Assembly: GCA_004282875.1 (NCBI GenBank)
Contig: SHLT01000003.1
Location: 12,917-76,916 of the forward strand
Length of the DNA stretch: 64,000 nt
DNA from: Chromatiales bacterium
GTDB lineage: Bacteria; Pseudomonadota; Gammaproteobacteria; Steroidobacterales; Woeseiaceae
Direction of reading: 5' to 3'
Made by a program: the position numbers and the translations under genes. Shown in pieces: positions 8,677 to 18,470 of the stretch (within the stretch, counting starts at the first letter, position 1; each line of letters begins with the position of its first letter). Below the pieces are notes generated by a model. That model worked only from the letters and a program-made list of their open reading frames with translations. It did no database searches and had not been told where the DNA came from.

Positions 8677-10266
8677 TCAGTGACGCAGGATCGCGTGGGC
8701 CGCGTTGTAACCCGGCGCGCCGGTTACGCCGCCGCCCGGATGGGTGCCGGCGCCACATAACCATAAGTTATCGATAGGCGTGCGGTAGTGCGCCCAGCGG
8801 GGCAGTGGCCGCATGAAGAACATCTGCTCGAGCGAGATGTCGCCGTGGAAGATGTTGCCCTCGGTGATGCCGAAGGTCGCCTCGAGGTCGACAGGCGTGT
8901 AGACGCGCCTTGCCACAACGGATCCAGGGAGGTTCGGGGCAAACTTGGCGAGCAGCTCGGTAACCCGGTCGCCCAGCAGATCCCGGTGGTTGTCCCAGGT
9001 GCCGGTGCGCAGCGAGTAAGGCAGGTACTGCACGAAACAGGTAAGCACGTGTCGCCCCGCCGGTGCGAGCGTTTCGTCCGCGTTGGAGGCAAGAACGCAA
9101 TCGACCCACAGCCGCTCAGGCAACTCGCCACGTTGCGATGCGTTGTAGTTCGACTCGGCGTCGGCGAGCGTCGGGATCAATGTAAACAGCGAACGCTGCG
9201 GCTTCGTGCGGTCAGCCGGCATGCCGTTGACACGGGGTTCTTCCGACAACACGAAGTTCACTTTTCCGGCCGGGCCGTCCATGCGAATGTTCGCCACGTC
9301 GCGCCTGAAGTCAGCGTCGAGTTCCGTGGTGTCGACGAGCCCCAGGAAAGTGCGCTTCGGGTCCGCGTTGGACACCACGAGCCGCGCGTCGCACACGTCG
9401 CCGGACTCGAGCGTGACGCCGGTAGCATTGCCGTTCGCGATGTTGATCTGTGCAACGGGCGCCGACGTGCGAATTTCGACACCCAGGTCCTCACACGCGG
9501 CGCGCAGTGCCTGGGTGATGGCGCCCATGCCGCCGATGACGTGTCCCTGCCAGGCTTGCTGCTCGGCATCGCCGCCACTCAATAAATGAAACAACAAGCC
9601 CATGGCCGTACCGGGCTGGTAAGGTCCGCCATGCTTGCCGTACAAGCTGTTGGAGAGAATCAGGCGTTTGAGCTTGTCGGATTCGAAACGGCGGTCGAGG
9701 AACTCGCCGAGCGAGCCGGTCAGAAAGCGCACCAGGCCGCTGACCTCGTCGCCCGTCACACCGTAAAACCGTCGCCAGGTTTTCCACAGCTCGCCGACCT
9801 TGCGCATGCCGCGGGCATGCAGGTCTGGCGGCGACTCGAGGAAGAAGGGCTGCAGGTAAGCCGCGAGGCGTTTCAGCTCGTCCTCGGTTTCAAAGAAGCG
9901 CGCCGCGTCACCCGGCGCAATACGCTCGAGTTCGGATCGCATCCTGGGTTCGTCGCCCCACCAGGCGACCACGTCGCCGTCTTCGAAGGCGGCCTGCACG
10001 CCCGGATCGCAGGCGACCATTTGCAGCCCGTAAGCGCCCAGCTTGAGGTCCCGGATGATTGTCGGGCGCAGCATGCTCGCAATGTAGGACGCCGTGGAGA
10101 CGCGACATCCCGGAGCGAGCTCGGGGTCGACTTCTTCGGTCACGGCACATCCGCCGACAACGTCCCGGCGCTCGAGCACCAGTACTTTTTTGCCGGCTCG
10201 CGCAAGATACGCAGCCGCGGTCAGCCCGTTGTGGCCGGCGCCGATAACAATGATGTCGTGTTGCAT
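8677..10266 (-). CDS. NAD(P)/FAD-dependent oxidoreductase, phytoene-desaturase (CrtI/COG1233) family
   Basis: N-terminal dinucleotide fold DIIVIGAGHNGLTAAAYLARAGKKVLVLERRDVVGG. 529 aa. C-terminal GAGTHPGGGVTGAPG. Confidence 0.85.
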   Translation of the reverse strand: MQHDIIVIGAGHNGLTAAAYLARAGKKVLVLERRDVVGGCAVTEEVDPELAPGCRVSTASYIASMLRPTIIRDLKLGAYGLQMVACDPGVQAAFEDGDVVAWWGDEPRMRSELERIAPGDAARFFETEDELKRLAAYLQPFFLESPPDLHARGMRKVGELWKTWRRFYGVTGDEVSGLVRFLTGSLGEFLDRRFESDKLKRLILSNSLYGKHGGPYQPGTAMGLLFHLLSGGDAEQQAWQGHVIGGMGAITQALRAACEDLGVEIRTSAPVAQINIANGNATGVTLESGDVCDARLVVSNADPKRTFLGLVDTTELDADFRRDVANIRMDGPAGKVNFVLSEEPRVNGMPADRTKPQRSLFTLIPTLADAESNYNASQRGELPERLWVDCVLASNADETLAPAGRHVLTCFVQYLPYSLRTGTWDNHRDLLGDRVTELLAKFAPNLPGSVVARRVYTPVDLEATFGITEGNIFHGDISLEQMFFMRPLPRWAHYRTPIDNLWLCGAGTHPGGGVTGAPGYNAAHAILRH

Positions 10267-10298
10267 GTCGGGATTCGTCGCGGTTATAAGAGACCAGC

Positions 10299-11678
10299 AT
10301 GTTAGACATTATCATTTTCGCGGCCTATATCGGCCTCGTGCTGGGGATCGGCCGTTACTGGTCGAAACGCGTCCGCAGCACGGAGGATTTTCACCTCTGC
10401 GGTCGCCAGCTGGGCAAGCTGCCTGCCTCGCTGAGTCTCGCCGCGACCGAGTTCTCGGGCTCGGGTCTGATCGGCGGCGCCGGTCTTGTCTACGCCATCG
10501 GGCTGTCAGGTATTTTCTGGAACTACGCCGCAATACCCGCATATATCCTGCTCGGATTCCTCGTGGCCCCGCGCCTGCGCCGGCTGCAGCTGACCACGAT
10601 TCCCGAGTACATCGGGACGAAATTCGGCGTCAAGACACAGCGGCTGACCGCCGTGCTCGAAATCATCGAGGCCGTCGCATTCGTTGCTGTGCAGATTCTC
10701 GTATCGGCGCTGCTGCTGTCGGCGCTTTTCGGTTTATCAGTCCCGCAGGCGTCGCTGCTCGTCACGGCGGCATTTGCCATCTACACAATGATGGGCGGCC
10801 TCTGGGCTGTCGTCTGGACCGATGCCCTGCAATATGTCGTGCTCATGGCGGGCATTATCATCGCCGTGGTGCTGGCCCTGATCGCCGTCGGCGGCATCGA
10901 CGGCCTGCATAACAGCCTGCCCGAGGAGCACTTCAGCTTCACCCAGCTCGGGCTATGGACGCCGCTGGCCTGGGGGGCGCTTGCGCTGTACAGCTACGGC
11001 GTAGACCAGGCCTACATGCAGCGTGCGCTCGCGGCCAAGGACGCCGAGACGGCGCGCTTCGCGTACATCTTTACGGGCTGTAACTATGTCGTCTTTGGCG
11101 GCTGCGTTGCGATACTCGGCCTCGCGGCGGCATCGCTGTTGCCGGGACTCGAGAACGAGAACCAGGCCTTGCCGGAACTCGTCGCGCAGGTTCTGCCCGA
11201 GGGCGTGCGGGCTCTGATTATGACCGCGATCATCGCCGCAACGATGTCGACTTCGTCGTCATTCCTGGCCGCCGCCTCATCGCTGGCCGTGCAGGATTTG
11301 TACGAGCCGATCTTCGGTGAGGGCTCGAGCGATGCGAGACAGATATTTCACTCGCGCGTCATTACGGCGATCTTTGCCGCCGTCTCGCTGGTCATCTCGC
11401 TGGTGTTCCCGGGCGTCGTCAGCCTGGTCGTGTTTGCGACGCTGGTCGCCCCCGCGGCGATCTTCATCCCGTTCATTCTCTCGATCTTCTGGGACAAGAC
11501 GCCCGCGCATGCCGGCTTCTGGGCGATCCTCGTCTCTGCGGTTGCCGGCTGCTCCTCGCAGATCTTCTGGTATGAGCAGATTCCCGGCTGGCTGGGCGCA
11601 ATGCACCCGCTGTTTGTTGCCCCGCTGGCAGCGCTCGCTGTTATGATTCCGGCCGCGGTATTCAGCGGAAAGAAATAA
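10299..11678 (+). CDS. sodium:solute symporter (SSS) family transporter
   Basis: 459 aa, about 12-13 TM helices. SSS-like N-terminus (AAYIGLVLGIGRYWSKRVRSTEDFHLCGRQLG). Confidence 0.85.
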   Translation: MLDIIIFAAYIGLVLGIGRYWSKRVRSTEDFHLCGRQLGKLPASLSLAATEFSGSGLIGGAGLVYAIGLSGIFWNYAAIPAYILLGFLVAPRLRRLQLTTIPEYIGTKFGVKTQRLTAVLEIIEAVAFVAVQILVSALLLSALFGLSVPQASLLVTAAFAIYTMMGGLWAVVWTDALQYVVLMAGIIIAVVLALIAVGGIDGLHNSLPEEHFSFTQLGLWTPLAWGALALYSYGVDQAYMQRALAAKDAETARFAYIFTGCNYVVFGGCVAILGLAAASLLPGLENENQALPELVAQVLPEGVRALIMTAIIAATMSTSSSFLAAASSLAVQDLYEPIFGEGSSDARQIFHSRVITAIFAAVSLVISLVFPGVVSLVVFATLVAPAAIFIPFILSIFWDKTPAHAGFWAILVSAVAGCSSQIFWYEQIPGWLGAMHPLFVAPLAALAVMIPAAVFSGKK

Positions 11679-11679
11679 C

Positions 11680-13704
11680 GTGCACGAAAACGAACACGAC
11701 ACACCCAAGGCGTCCTTTGATCGAGCCACCACCTTCCTGCGCGGCGGTGACGCCGTTATGGCAGAGCGTATTTGCCGCCAGGCGCTGAACGCACATCCGC
11801 GGGACGCCAACCTGCTGTGCCTGTTGGGCGCGTCACTGATTCGTCAGCAAAAGCCGCAGGAGGCCGAACACACGCTGTCTCGCGCCGTGCGTATATTTTC
11901 CGATTTCTCACGAGCGCATGAAGGTCTTGCCGAGGCGCTGATCATGCAGGGCCGCTTGTCGGAAGCACTGGAGGCGCTTGAACGTGCGGCTGAACTGGAG
12001 CCGGGCAACGCTTCCGTCCGCATGAAGAAGGCGAAGGTCCTGACGGGCATGGGCAGGGACGACGACGCAAGCCGCGAGTTTGAAGAGTCGTTCAAGCTCA
12101 CGCCGCACCGGGAGGATCTTGTGCGCGGGCTTAACTTGCAGCGCATGGGCAATATTCGCGAAGCGGAGAATGTGTATCGCGACGTCCTGCAAAAGGACCC
12201 ATCGAACGTTGATGCGCTGCGCTTGCTGGCCGGTGTCGCAATGCGGGCCAAGCAGTGGGGCGATGCCGAAATGCTGCTGGAACGCGCGCTGGAGCTGGCC
12301 CCCGATTACTTCCAGGGTTGGATGGACATCGGTATGGCACGCCAGGAGCAGGACAAGACCGAGGGCGCCATTGAGGCCTATCGCCAGGTGATGCGCCTGG
12401 AGCCACACAAGCCGCACGGCTATACCTCGGCGGGCACCCTGTACGCGATGATCGGCGAACACGACAAGGCGATGGAACTGCTGCAACAGGCGGTTGAGAT
12501 CGACTCGGGCAATTTCGGTGCCCTCTCAGGCATCGGCCACGTCCAGAAGACGATCGGCAATCAGGCAGCGGCGATCGACAGCTACCGCAGGTGCGTGGAG
12601 CGCAACCCGGACCATGGCGAAACCTGGTGGAGCCTCGCCAACCTGAAGACGTTCCGGTTCACCGATGACGATATCGCTATCATGGAGAAGCGCGCTGCCA
12701 GGAAGTCCCTCGTCGAGGAGCAGCGGGCAAGTTTCTTTTTCGCGTTGGGCAAAGCCTACGAAGACAGGCAGGACTATGACAAGGCCTTCGAGTACTACGC
12801 GAAAGGCAACGAGAATCGCCGCCAGCGGGAGACCTACGACCCGGTGCAGACGGTCGATCTCCACGACAAGTTCATCGAGGTATTTTCAAAGGACTTCATC
12901 GCGGAACGCGCCGGCGTCGGGTGCCAGAGTAACGCACCGATCCTGATCGTCGGATTGCCGAGATCCGGTTCCACGTTGATCGAGCAAATTCTCGCGAGTC
13001 ATCCTGATGTCGAAGGAACGCACGAATTGCCCGACCTGGGTCGCGTGGCCCGGTCGATTGGCCTGAAGCGAGAAGATCGCAAGAGCTATCCGCAGGTCAT
13101 ACCGTTTCTCGACGACGACGAATTTGCCGAACTCGGTGAAGAGTACCTGCGACGGACCAGGCGGCATCGCGAAACCGAGTTGCCGCGGTTCACGGACAAA
13201 CTGCCGAATAATTTTTCGCACGTGGGCTTCCTGAGCCTGGTTCTGCCGAATGCGAAAGTCATCAATGCCAAGCGTCACCCCCTGGACAGCTGTCTCGGCA
13301 GTTTCAAACAGTTGTTCGCGCGTGGACAGCCATTCACCTACGAGCAGTTTGAACTGGCCGAGTTCTACCTGGAGTACCAGCGGCTTATGGACCACTGGCA
13401 CGAGGTACTGCCCGGCAAGGTGCTCGACGTGCAGTACGAAGACGTCGTCGACGACCTGGAAACCCAGGTGCGCCGCATACTCGAACACTGCGAGCTGCCG
13501 TGGAACGATGCCTGCTTACGGTTCTACGAAAACGAACGTGCGGTCAAGACCGCGAGTTCCGAGCAGGTGCGCAAGCCGATCTATGCAACGTCAAAACATT
13601 TGTGGCGCCGCTACGAGCAACACCTGGGACCCATGATCGAAGTACTGGAACCGCTCCTCCGGACCTTGCCCGCAGACTGGCAACCGGAGAACTATCCGGG
13701 CTAG
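11680..13704 (+). CDS. TPR-repeat-containing PAPS-dependent sulfotransferase
   Basis: The N-terminal ~380 aa are TPR repeats. The C-terminal sulfotransferase domain has the 5'-PSB motif (LIVGLPRSGSTLIEQ) and a 3'-PB-like motif (KRHPLDSCLGSF). The GTG start is 1 nt after the symporter stop. An alternative ATG lies at 11758. Confidence 0.85.
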   Translation: MHENEHDTPKASFDRATTFLRGGDAVMAERICRQALNAHPRDANLLCLLGASLIRQQKPQEAEHTLSRAVRIFSDFSRAHEGLAEALIMQGRLSEALEALERAAELEPGNASVRMKKAKVLTGMGRDDDASREFEESFKLTPHREDLVRGLNLQRMGNIREAENVYRDVLQKDPSNVDALRLLAGVAMRAKQWGDAEMLLERALELAPDYFQGWMDIGMARQEQDKTEGAIEAYRQVMRLEPHKPHGYTSAGTLYAMIGEHDKAMELLQQAVEIDSGNFGALSGIGHVQKTIGNQAAAIDSYRRCVERNPDHGETWWSLANLKTFRFTDDDIAIMEKRAARKSLVEEQRASFFFALGKAYEDRQDYDKAFEYYAKGNENRRQRETYDPVQTVDLHDKFIEVFSKDFIAERAGVGCQSNAPILIVGLPRSGSTLIEQILASHPDVEGTHELPDLGRVARSIGLKREDRKSYPQVIPFLDDDEFAELGEEYLRRTRRHRETELPRFTDKLPNNFSHVGFLSLVLPNAKVINAKRHPLDSCLGSFKQLFARGQPFTYEQFELAEFYLEYQRLMDHWHEVLPGKVLDVQYEDVVDDLETQVRRILEHCELPWNDACLRFYENERAVKTASSEQVRKPIYATSKHLWRRYEQHLGPMIEVLEPLLRTLPADWQPENYPG

Positions 13705-14258
13705 CGTCGGTCGACGAAGTCAGGCGGCATATAGTCGAAGATAAACGTGATGCGGTCATCCTTGCCGCTGTTGATGACGGAATGCGTCTTCTGGTTGTTG
13801 ATCTCGTAGGCTTGCCCGACTTTCAGGTGAAAGGGCTTGCCGTCGATCGTAAAGCGCACCCGGGGATTCGTCGTCACCGGGATGTGAATACGGTGACTGG
13901 CCCGAAACGTCGGGTGACTGTCGAAATGCGGATTGATGCGACCCCCTGACAGCAGCTTTGCCGCCATGGCGCGAATAATCGTGCCGCCGGGCGGGTAGAA
14001 CTTCCCGATCAGGTCGTGCATCAGGGGTATCGCAGGTTCAGCCAACAGGTCCCATCCTGCTTCCTTGCTGACTTGCAGGTCGTTTGCTGGTCCGCCGCAG
14101 AACACCATGACCACCGATTGGGTCTGCTTGTGGACCTCGTAATCGTTCTGCCGATTGACGTTCAGGAACCAGGCTTCCTCGTCGAGACCGAGGACGGTGT
14201 CGATGAGCGCATGGGAGTTCACGGTGCCCAGTTCTTTGAGGGGTACGTCGATATTCAT
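13701..14258 (-). CDS. aspartyl/asparaginyl beta-hydroxylase-family (cupin, Fe/2OG-type) protein
   Basis: ATG at 14258 (MNIDVPLKEL). The His-rich core INPHFDSHPTFRASHRIHIPVTTNP resembles the Asp_Arg_Hydrox family. Its stop overlaps the sulfotransferase stop (CTAG 13701-13704). Confidence 0.65.
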   Translation of the reverse strand: MNIDVPLKELGTVNSHALIDTVLGLDEEAWFLNVNRQNDYEVHKQTQSVVMVFCGGPANDLQVSKEAGWDLLAEPAIPLMHDLIGKFYPPGGTIIRAMAAKLLSGGRINPHFDSHPTFRASHRIHIPVTTNPRVRFTIDGKPFHLKVGQAYEINNQKTHSVINSGKDDRITFIFDYMPPDFVDRR

Positions 14259-14420
14259 AGGCCCGGAAACATAGCAAATCAGCCATGTGTTGCAAAATTG
14301 CAAATAGTGAAACGCGCCACCACTGGGATTGCCCCCGTTTGTTGTATCCGGGCAAAAAATGGTAGTAGACTGAAAGAGATATAAGCGCTGTTAGCCAATA
14401 AGTCCAACGGGGGTTTCGAC

Positions 14421-16895
14421 ATGGCTGAAGTTATGACTACGGATGGTATTCCTGTAAAGAGTGCCCTGGCGGTTGCAGTATCAATGGCCGTCGCCGGCCA
14501 CGCAGACGAAGCGCGAGCACAGGAAGACGGCGCCAGCCGTTCCGGCATCGAGGAAATCACGGTAACGGCGCGCAAGCGCGAGGAAAGCCTTCAGGATGTT
14601 GGCGGTAGCATCCAGGCACTGACCGGGGACGATCTCAAGAACCAGGGCCTGCTGAACCTGGAAGATACTATCCGGATGTTGCCGAGTGTGAGCCACGTTG
14701 GCAGCGTAGCCGGTGCCAACAAGATCATCTTCCGCGGCGTCTCAGATAACCCGGGCGCGTTTATCGCGGCATCGTCGTCAGCACTCTATATTGATGAGCA
14801 GCCGCTGACCCAGTTTTCGGTCAATCCCGAACCCCGCATGATTGACATCGAGCGTGTCGAAGCGCTGGCCGGCCCGCAGGGCACGCTGTACGGCGACAGC
14901 TCGCAGTCAGGCACGCTGCGCATCATCACGAACAAGCCGGACCCAACGGAATTCTCCGCTAACGCAGAGATGATGGTTCGCAAGGGCGAAGACTCATCCA
15001 TGAGCCACGAGGTCAGTGGCTGGATCAATATGCCCCTGATTGAAGACAAGTTCGCGATTCGGCTGGTCGGTTACACCGCCGAAGACGGCGGCTTTATCGA
15101 TAATGTTCTTGGCGTCTCACCCATGCGTGGCACCAGGAACAACGCGAACCTTGTTCAGGACGACATCAACACTGTCGATTTCGTCGGTGGCCGTATCTCG
15201 GCGAAATGGTTCGTCAACGACGAATGGTCCATCACCGCGAGCGCGATGAGCCAGAAGATGGAGGCCAAAGGGCTCAACGACTACGACCCGGGCGTGGGTG
15301 ATCTGCAGACCGTCAAGTTCTTCAGAGACACACGTGACGACGAGTGGACCCAGGGCGCACTGACCATCGAAGGCAGCTTTGGCAGCGTCGACGTCGTGTC
15401 GATCACGAGTTACTTTGATCGCAAGCTGGATTACACCTTCGATCGCACAACCTACTCGGCGTACTTCAACTACAATTTCTGCCCGTTGTTCGCGACCTAT
15501 TGCTGGTCCGGCTTCAGCGGTGCCGAGAATCACTATTTTGGAACTATCGGCGGAATTGATGTCGATCCCAATACGGGTTACCTGTATTGGGGCCGGGGGA
15601 TTCCAAACGACCAGGACACGATCGGCTTTAATACCCAGGATCAGGAAAACGATCGTTTCACCCAGGAAATCCGGTTGTCGCAGACCACCGATAACTATCG
15701 CTGGGTTCTGGGCGCGTTCTACGAGGAGAAGAGCGAGAACTGGGAATACCGGGCGCGCACGCCGGAGTTTCTCGAATCTCTCTCCTACGCATACTGGACC
15801 TACCTGTATGCCCCCAGCGGCGTGGATCCGTCCTGGTGGTTGTCGGGTGACGATACCGAGTGGGAGCAATGGGCTGTATTCGGTAATTTCAGTTACAACT
15901 TCACCGACCAGTTGACTGCCGAGGTCGGCGTACGCTTCTTCGACCAGGAGATGGACCGGTTCTACTTTGTGGACAAGCCGTTCCTGGTAGGGTTCCGGGA
16001 CTCGACGAGCCCGCAGGGCGGCAATGACGATTTCGTGCCGAAGGTGACTGTCCAGTACGCCATAGACGACGAGAAGATGATCTATGCGTTGTACTCCGAA
16101 GGCTTCCGGTCGGGCGGTGCCAACCGAAATCGCACACCGTTTACGGTGTTCCCGCAGGTCTACGAGCCGGACCTCCTCAAGAACTTCGAAGTCGGCGCCA
16201 AGACGCGCTGGTTCGACGGTCGCCTGCAGATTAATGCGACGGTGTATTCGGGTCAGTGGGAGAACTACCAGATCGAAGCCGTGGATCCGAGCTTCCGGCT
16301 CTGTCAGCCTGGCGAAATCGCCGATGTCGACTTCTGTAACCAGCCCTTCCAGGTCATGGTCGCAAACGTGGGAGATGCCGAACAGTTTGGCGTCGAGTTC
16401 GATCTGCGTGCCGCGCCGAATGACATGGTTGATCTCGGCCTGAGCGTCGGCTATGTGAAAGCCGAGACAAGCGAAGAGTTCGAGGTGACGGTGCCCGTTC
16501 CGAAGGGCTCACAGTTGCCGAACGTGCCGGAACTCAAGTTAAGCGCGTTTACACAGTTCAACTGGCCCGTAATGCAGGGCGAAACCGCGTACCTGCGTGG
16601 ACAGTACACCTGGCAGGACGAGTCCCTGAACCAGCTCGAGGCGATTGCGCCAGGCGCACCCGGCGACTTTACCGGTGCACCGCAATACGGGCAGCCGTCC
16701 TACGGCATCATGGACCTTCGAGCGGGATTAACTTCGGATAACTGGACTCTCGAGGGCTTTGTGAGCAACGTGTTCGATGAGCGTGCGGATTTGTACAACA
16801 ATTCGCTGTTCCTGGACTACTTCTTTGGCAGGCAGCGTGTCACGGCGAATCGTCCACGCGAGTTTGGCGTACGCTTCTCGTATACCTGGCAGTAA
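14421..16895 (+). CDS. TonB-dependent receptor
   Basis: 824 aa. Signal peptide, then the plug start IEEITVTARKREESLQDV. Long beta-barrel with aromatic-rich strands. Confidence 0.9.
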   Translation: MAEVMTTDGIPVKSALAVAVSMAVAGHADEARAQEDGASRSGIEEITVTARKREESLQDVGGSIQALTGDDLKNQGLLNLEDTIRMLPSVSHVGSVAGANKIIFRGVSDNPGAFIAASSSALYIDEQPLTQFSVNPEPRMIDIERVEALAGPQGTLYGDSSQSGTLRIITNKPDPTEFSANAEMMVRKGEDSSMSHEVSGWINMPLIEDKFAIRLVGYTAEDGGFIDNVLGVSPMRGTRNNANLVQDDINTVDFVGGRISAKWFVNDEWSITASAMSQKMEAKGLNDYDPGVGDLQTVKFFRDTRDDEWTQGALTIEGSFGSVDVVSITSYFDRKLDYTFDRTTYSAYFNYNFCPLFATYCWSGFSGAENHYFGTIGGIDVDPNTGYLYWGRGIPNDQDTIGFNTQDQENDRFTQEIRLSQTTDNYRWVLGAFYEEKSENWEYRARTPEFLESLSYAYWTYLYAPSGVDPSWWLSGDDTEWEQWAVFGNFSYNFTDQLTAEVGVRFFDQEMDRFYFVDKPFLVGFRDSTSPQGGNDDFVPKVTVQYAIDDEKMIYALYSEGFRSGGANRNRTPFTVFPQVYEPDLLKNFEVGAKTRWFDGRLQINATVYSGQWENYQIEAVDPSFRLCQPGEIADVDFCNQPFQVMVANVGDAEQFGVEFDLRAAPNDMVDLGLSVGYVKAETSEEFEVTVPVPKGSQLPNVPELKLSAFTQFNWPVMQGETAYLRGQYTWQDESLNQLEAIAPGAPGDFTGAPQYGQPSYGIMDLRAGLTSDNWTLEGFVSNVFDERADLYNNSLFLDYFFGRQRVTANRPREFGVRFSYTWQ

Positions 16896-16914
16896 GCGGG
16901 TAAGGACAGACTGG

Positions 16915-16944
16915 AAAAAGGGCAGCATTCGCTGCCCTTTTTTT
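16915..16944. terminator. bidirectional intrinsic terminator between convergent genes
   Basis: AAAAA-GGGCAGC-attc-GCTGCCC-TTTTTTT. The perfect 7-bp GC stem is flanked by an A-run and a T-run. It lies between the receptor stop (16895) and the methyltransferase stop (16949). Confidence 0.8.
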
Positions 16945-16948
16945 ATGC

Positions 16949-18397
16949 TTATTCGAATTCGTGGGGTACGAGAAACCCGCGGCTGACAAACACGCGCACG
17001 ATGGACAGCAGGTCCCCGGTCAGCTGCTCGATATCCGCATCGGCGACCCGGGCAAATTCTCCGACACTGTCACCGACCGTACGCTTGCCGTTGAAGAGAT
17101 TGAGGAATGCCGCCACGCCACCGTCGATGTCGGCTTCCGTCGACAGGCCGTTGTCCAGGCGCAGGCGCACGCCGGCGATACCACCCTCGGACTGTGTCTG
17201 CTCGGCCTCCAGGTCGTCCGCGAGGCGCAGCGTGGCAGCGAGGAGCGCCTCGTCGTCACAGGCCTCGAGAAAATCGACGGCCGCAATACCGCGCGCGACC
17301 GCAGCACCGGCGGGCTCGGTGATGTCCGCCGGCAGGTTATGGACATGGAGCCAGTTTGCAGCGTCGTTGCGCCTCAGTACGAGCATGCCTGGATGTACGG
17401 CTCGCACCTGGTGCCGGTCAAAGTATGCGATCCATTCCTGTTGCGACCCGGCGTTGACCGACTCACCCGACAGGTCGCTGGTCCGTTGTTTTGCATAAGA
17501 CGCCGGCGATAATGGGGTTGCATGTAATACCCAGGCATCGCAGGCGGTGATCCAGTTACTGATACGGTCGACCCAGGACTCCCCTTCGACCTCGACCCAC
17601 TCGCACAGCATCTGCAGGTGCGCCCCTTCCTTGAGGTAACGTGGTGCCTGGCCAACCAGTATCCTGCAGAACTCATCGAGCTCCAGCGGGTTGTCGCGAT
17701 AGGCGAACGTCTCGGACGGGCCGATGACGAAGGGCGGGTTACTCACGATCAGGTCAAACCGCCGATCGGCGATCGGTTCGAACAGGCTGCCCTCGATACA
17801 GTCCACATTGTGGATGTCGTTGAGCAGTGCATTGAAGCGCGTGTAGGCAATCGCCTGCGGACTGATATCGGTGGCAGTGACCCGCGTGCTGTGGCGCGCC
17901 GCGAAGAGGGCGTGTATGCCACAGCCGCAACCAAGGTCGAGCGTATCGTCGACGTGATCGCGCAGGGTCAGGTAGCGCAGAAAATTGGCGGAGTGCGTGC
18001 TCGCCGGAAGAACGAAATCACGCGCCTCGCCCGTGCCGAGGATCCAGAACGCATCCGACGCGAACAACAGGTCTTCAACAGGAATGATGACGACGCGCCC
18101 GGTCACAATATCGCCGTCGTAATGCAGCAGGCCTGCATCGTTGCAGAAACTAACGACAAGGTCCGGCAGGAATTCCGTCACTGTATCCCTGTCGACGGGT
18201 GCCCCGAGCAGGAACAGGCGCACGAGCACGTTGAGTACCGTGATCTCGCGCGAGTCGTCGAACATCTGTTGTTCTTCGCCCTGGGCTGGCGGCCGCGCCC
18301 GGCCTATGCGCTGCGTGAGCTGCTCGGTGTTGTAGCCGCACGCATCGAGAAATACGCGAAACTCATAAACGCGCGATTGTTCGGGTAGCTGGATCAT
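16949..18397 (-). CDS. class I SAM-dependent methyltransferase (MTS / NPPF-type) with extra N- and C-terminal domains
   Basis: Motif I LDLGCGCGIHAL and motif IV LIVSNPPFV, as in RsmC/RsmD/PrmC-like enzymes. 482 aa, so there are large flanking domains of unknown role. Confidence 0.75.
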   Translation of the reverse strand: MIQLPEQSRVYEFRVFLDACGYNTEQLTQRIGRARPPAQGEEQQMFDDSREITVLNVLVRLFLLGAPVDRDTVTEFLPDLVVSFCNDAGLLHYDGDIVTGRVVIIPVEDLLFASDAFWILGTGEARDFVLPASTHSANFLRYLTLRDHVDDTLDLGCGCGIHALFAARHSTRVTATDISPQAIAYTRFNALLNDIHNVDCIEGSLFEPIADRRFDLIVSNPPFVIGPSETFAYRDNPLELDEFCRILVGQAPRYLKEGAHLQMLCEWVEVEGESWVDRISNWITACDAWVLHATPLSPASYAKQRTSDLSGESVNAGSQQEWIAYFDRHQVRAVHPGMLVLRRNDAANWLHVHNLPADITEPAGAAVARGIAAVDFLEACDDEALLAATLRLADDLEAEQTQSEGGIAGVRLRLDNGLSTEADIDGGVAAFLNLFNGKRTVGDSVGEFARVADADIEQLTGDLLSIVRVFVSRGFLVPHEFE

Positions 18398-18470
18398 GGT
18401 CGCGGTAGTCTAACCGAGGTTCGCCGGGCACTGGTATCATGTCGGGCCACATTCGCAGGGATCGACGAGA

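Noticed and set aside
14281-14420. Possible cobalamin riboswitch upstream of the TonB-dependent receptor (GCCACCACTGG resembles the B12-box core GCCACTG)
   Set aside because: The leader is only about 160 nt. It lacks the other conserved blocks (GGGAA, GGTG..AATCC and similar) and the expected helices. The similarity is a single short string with an insertion.
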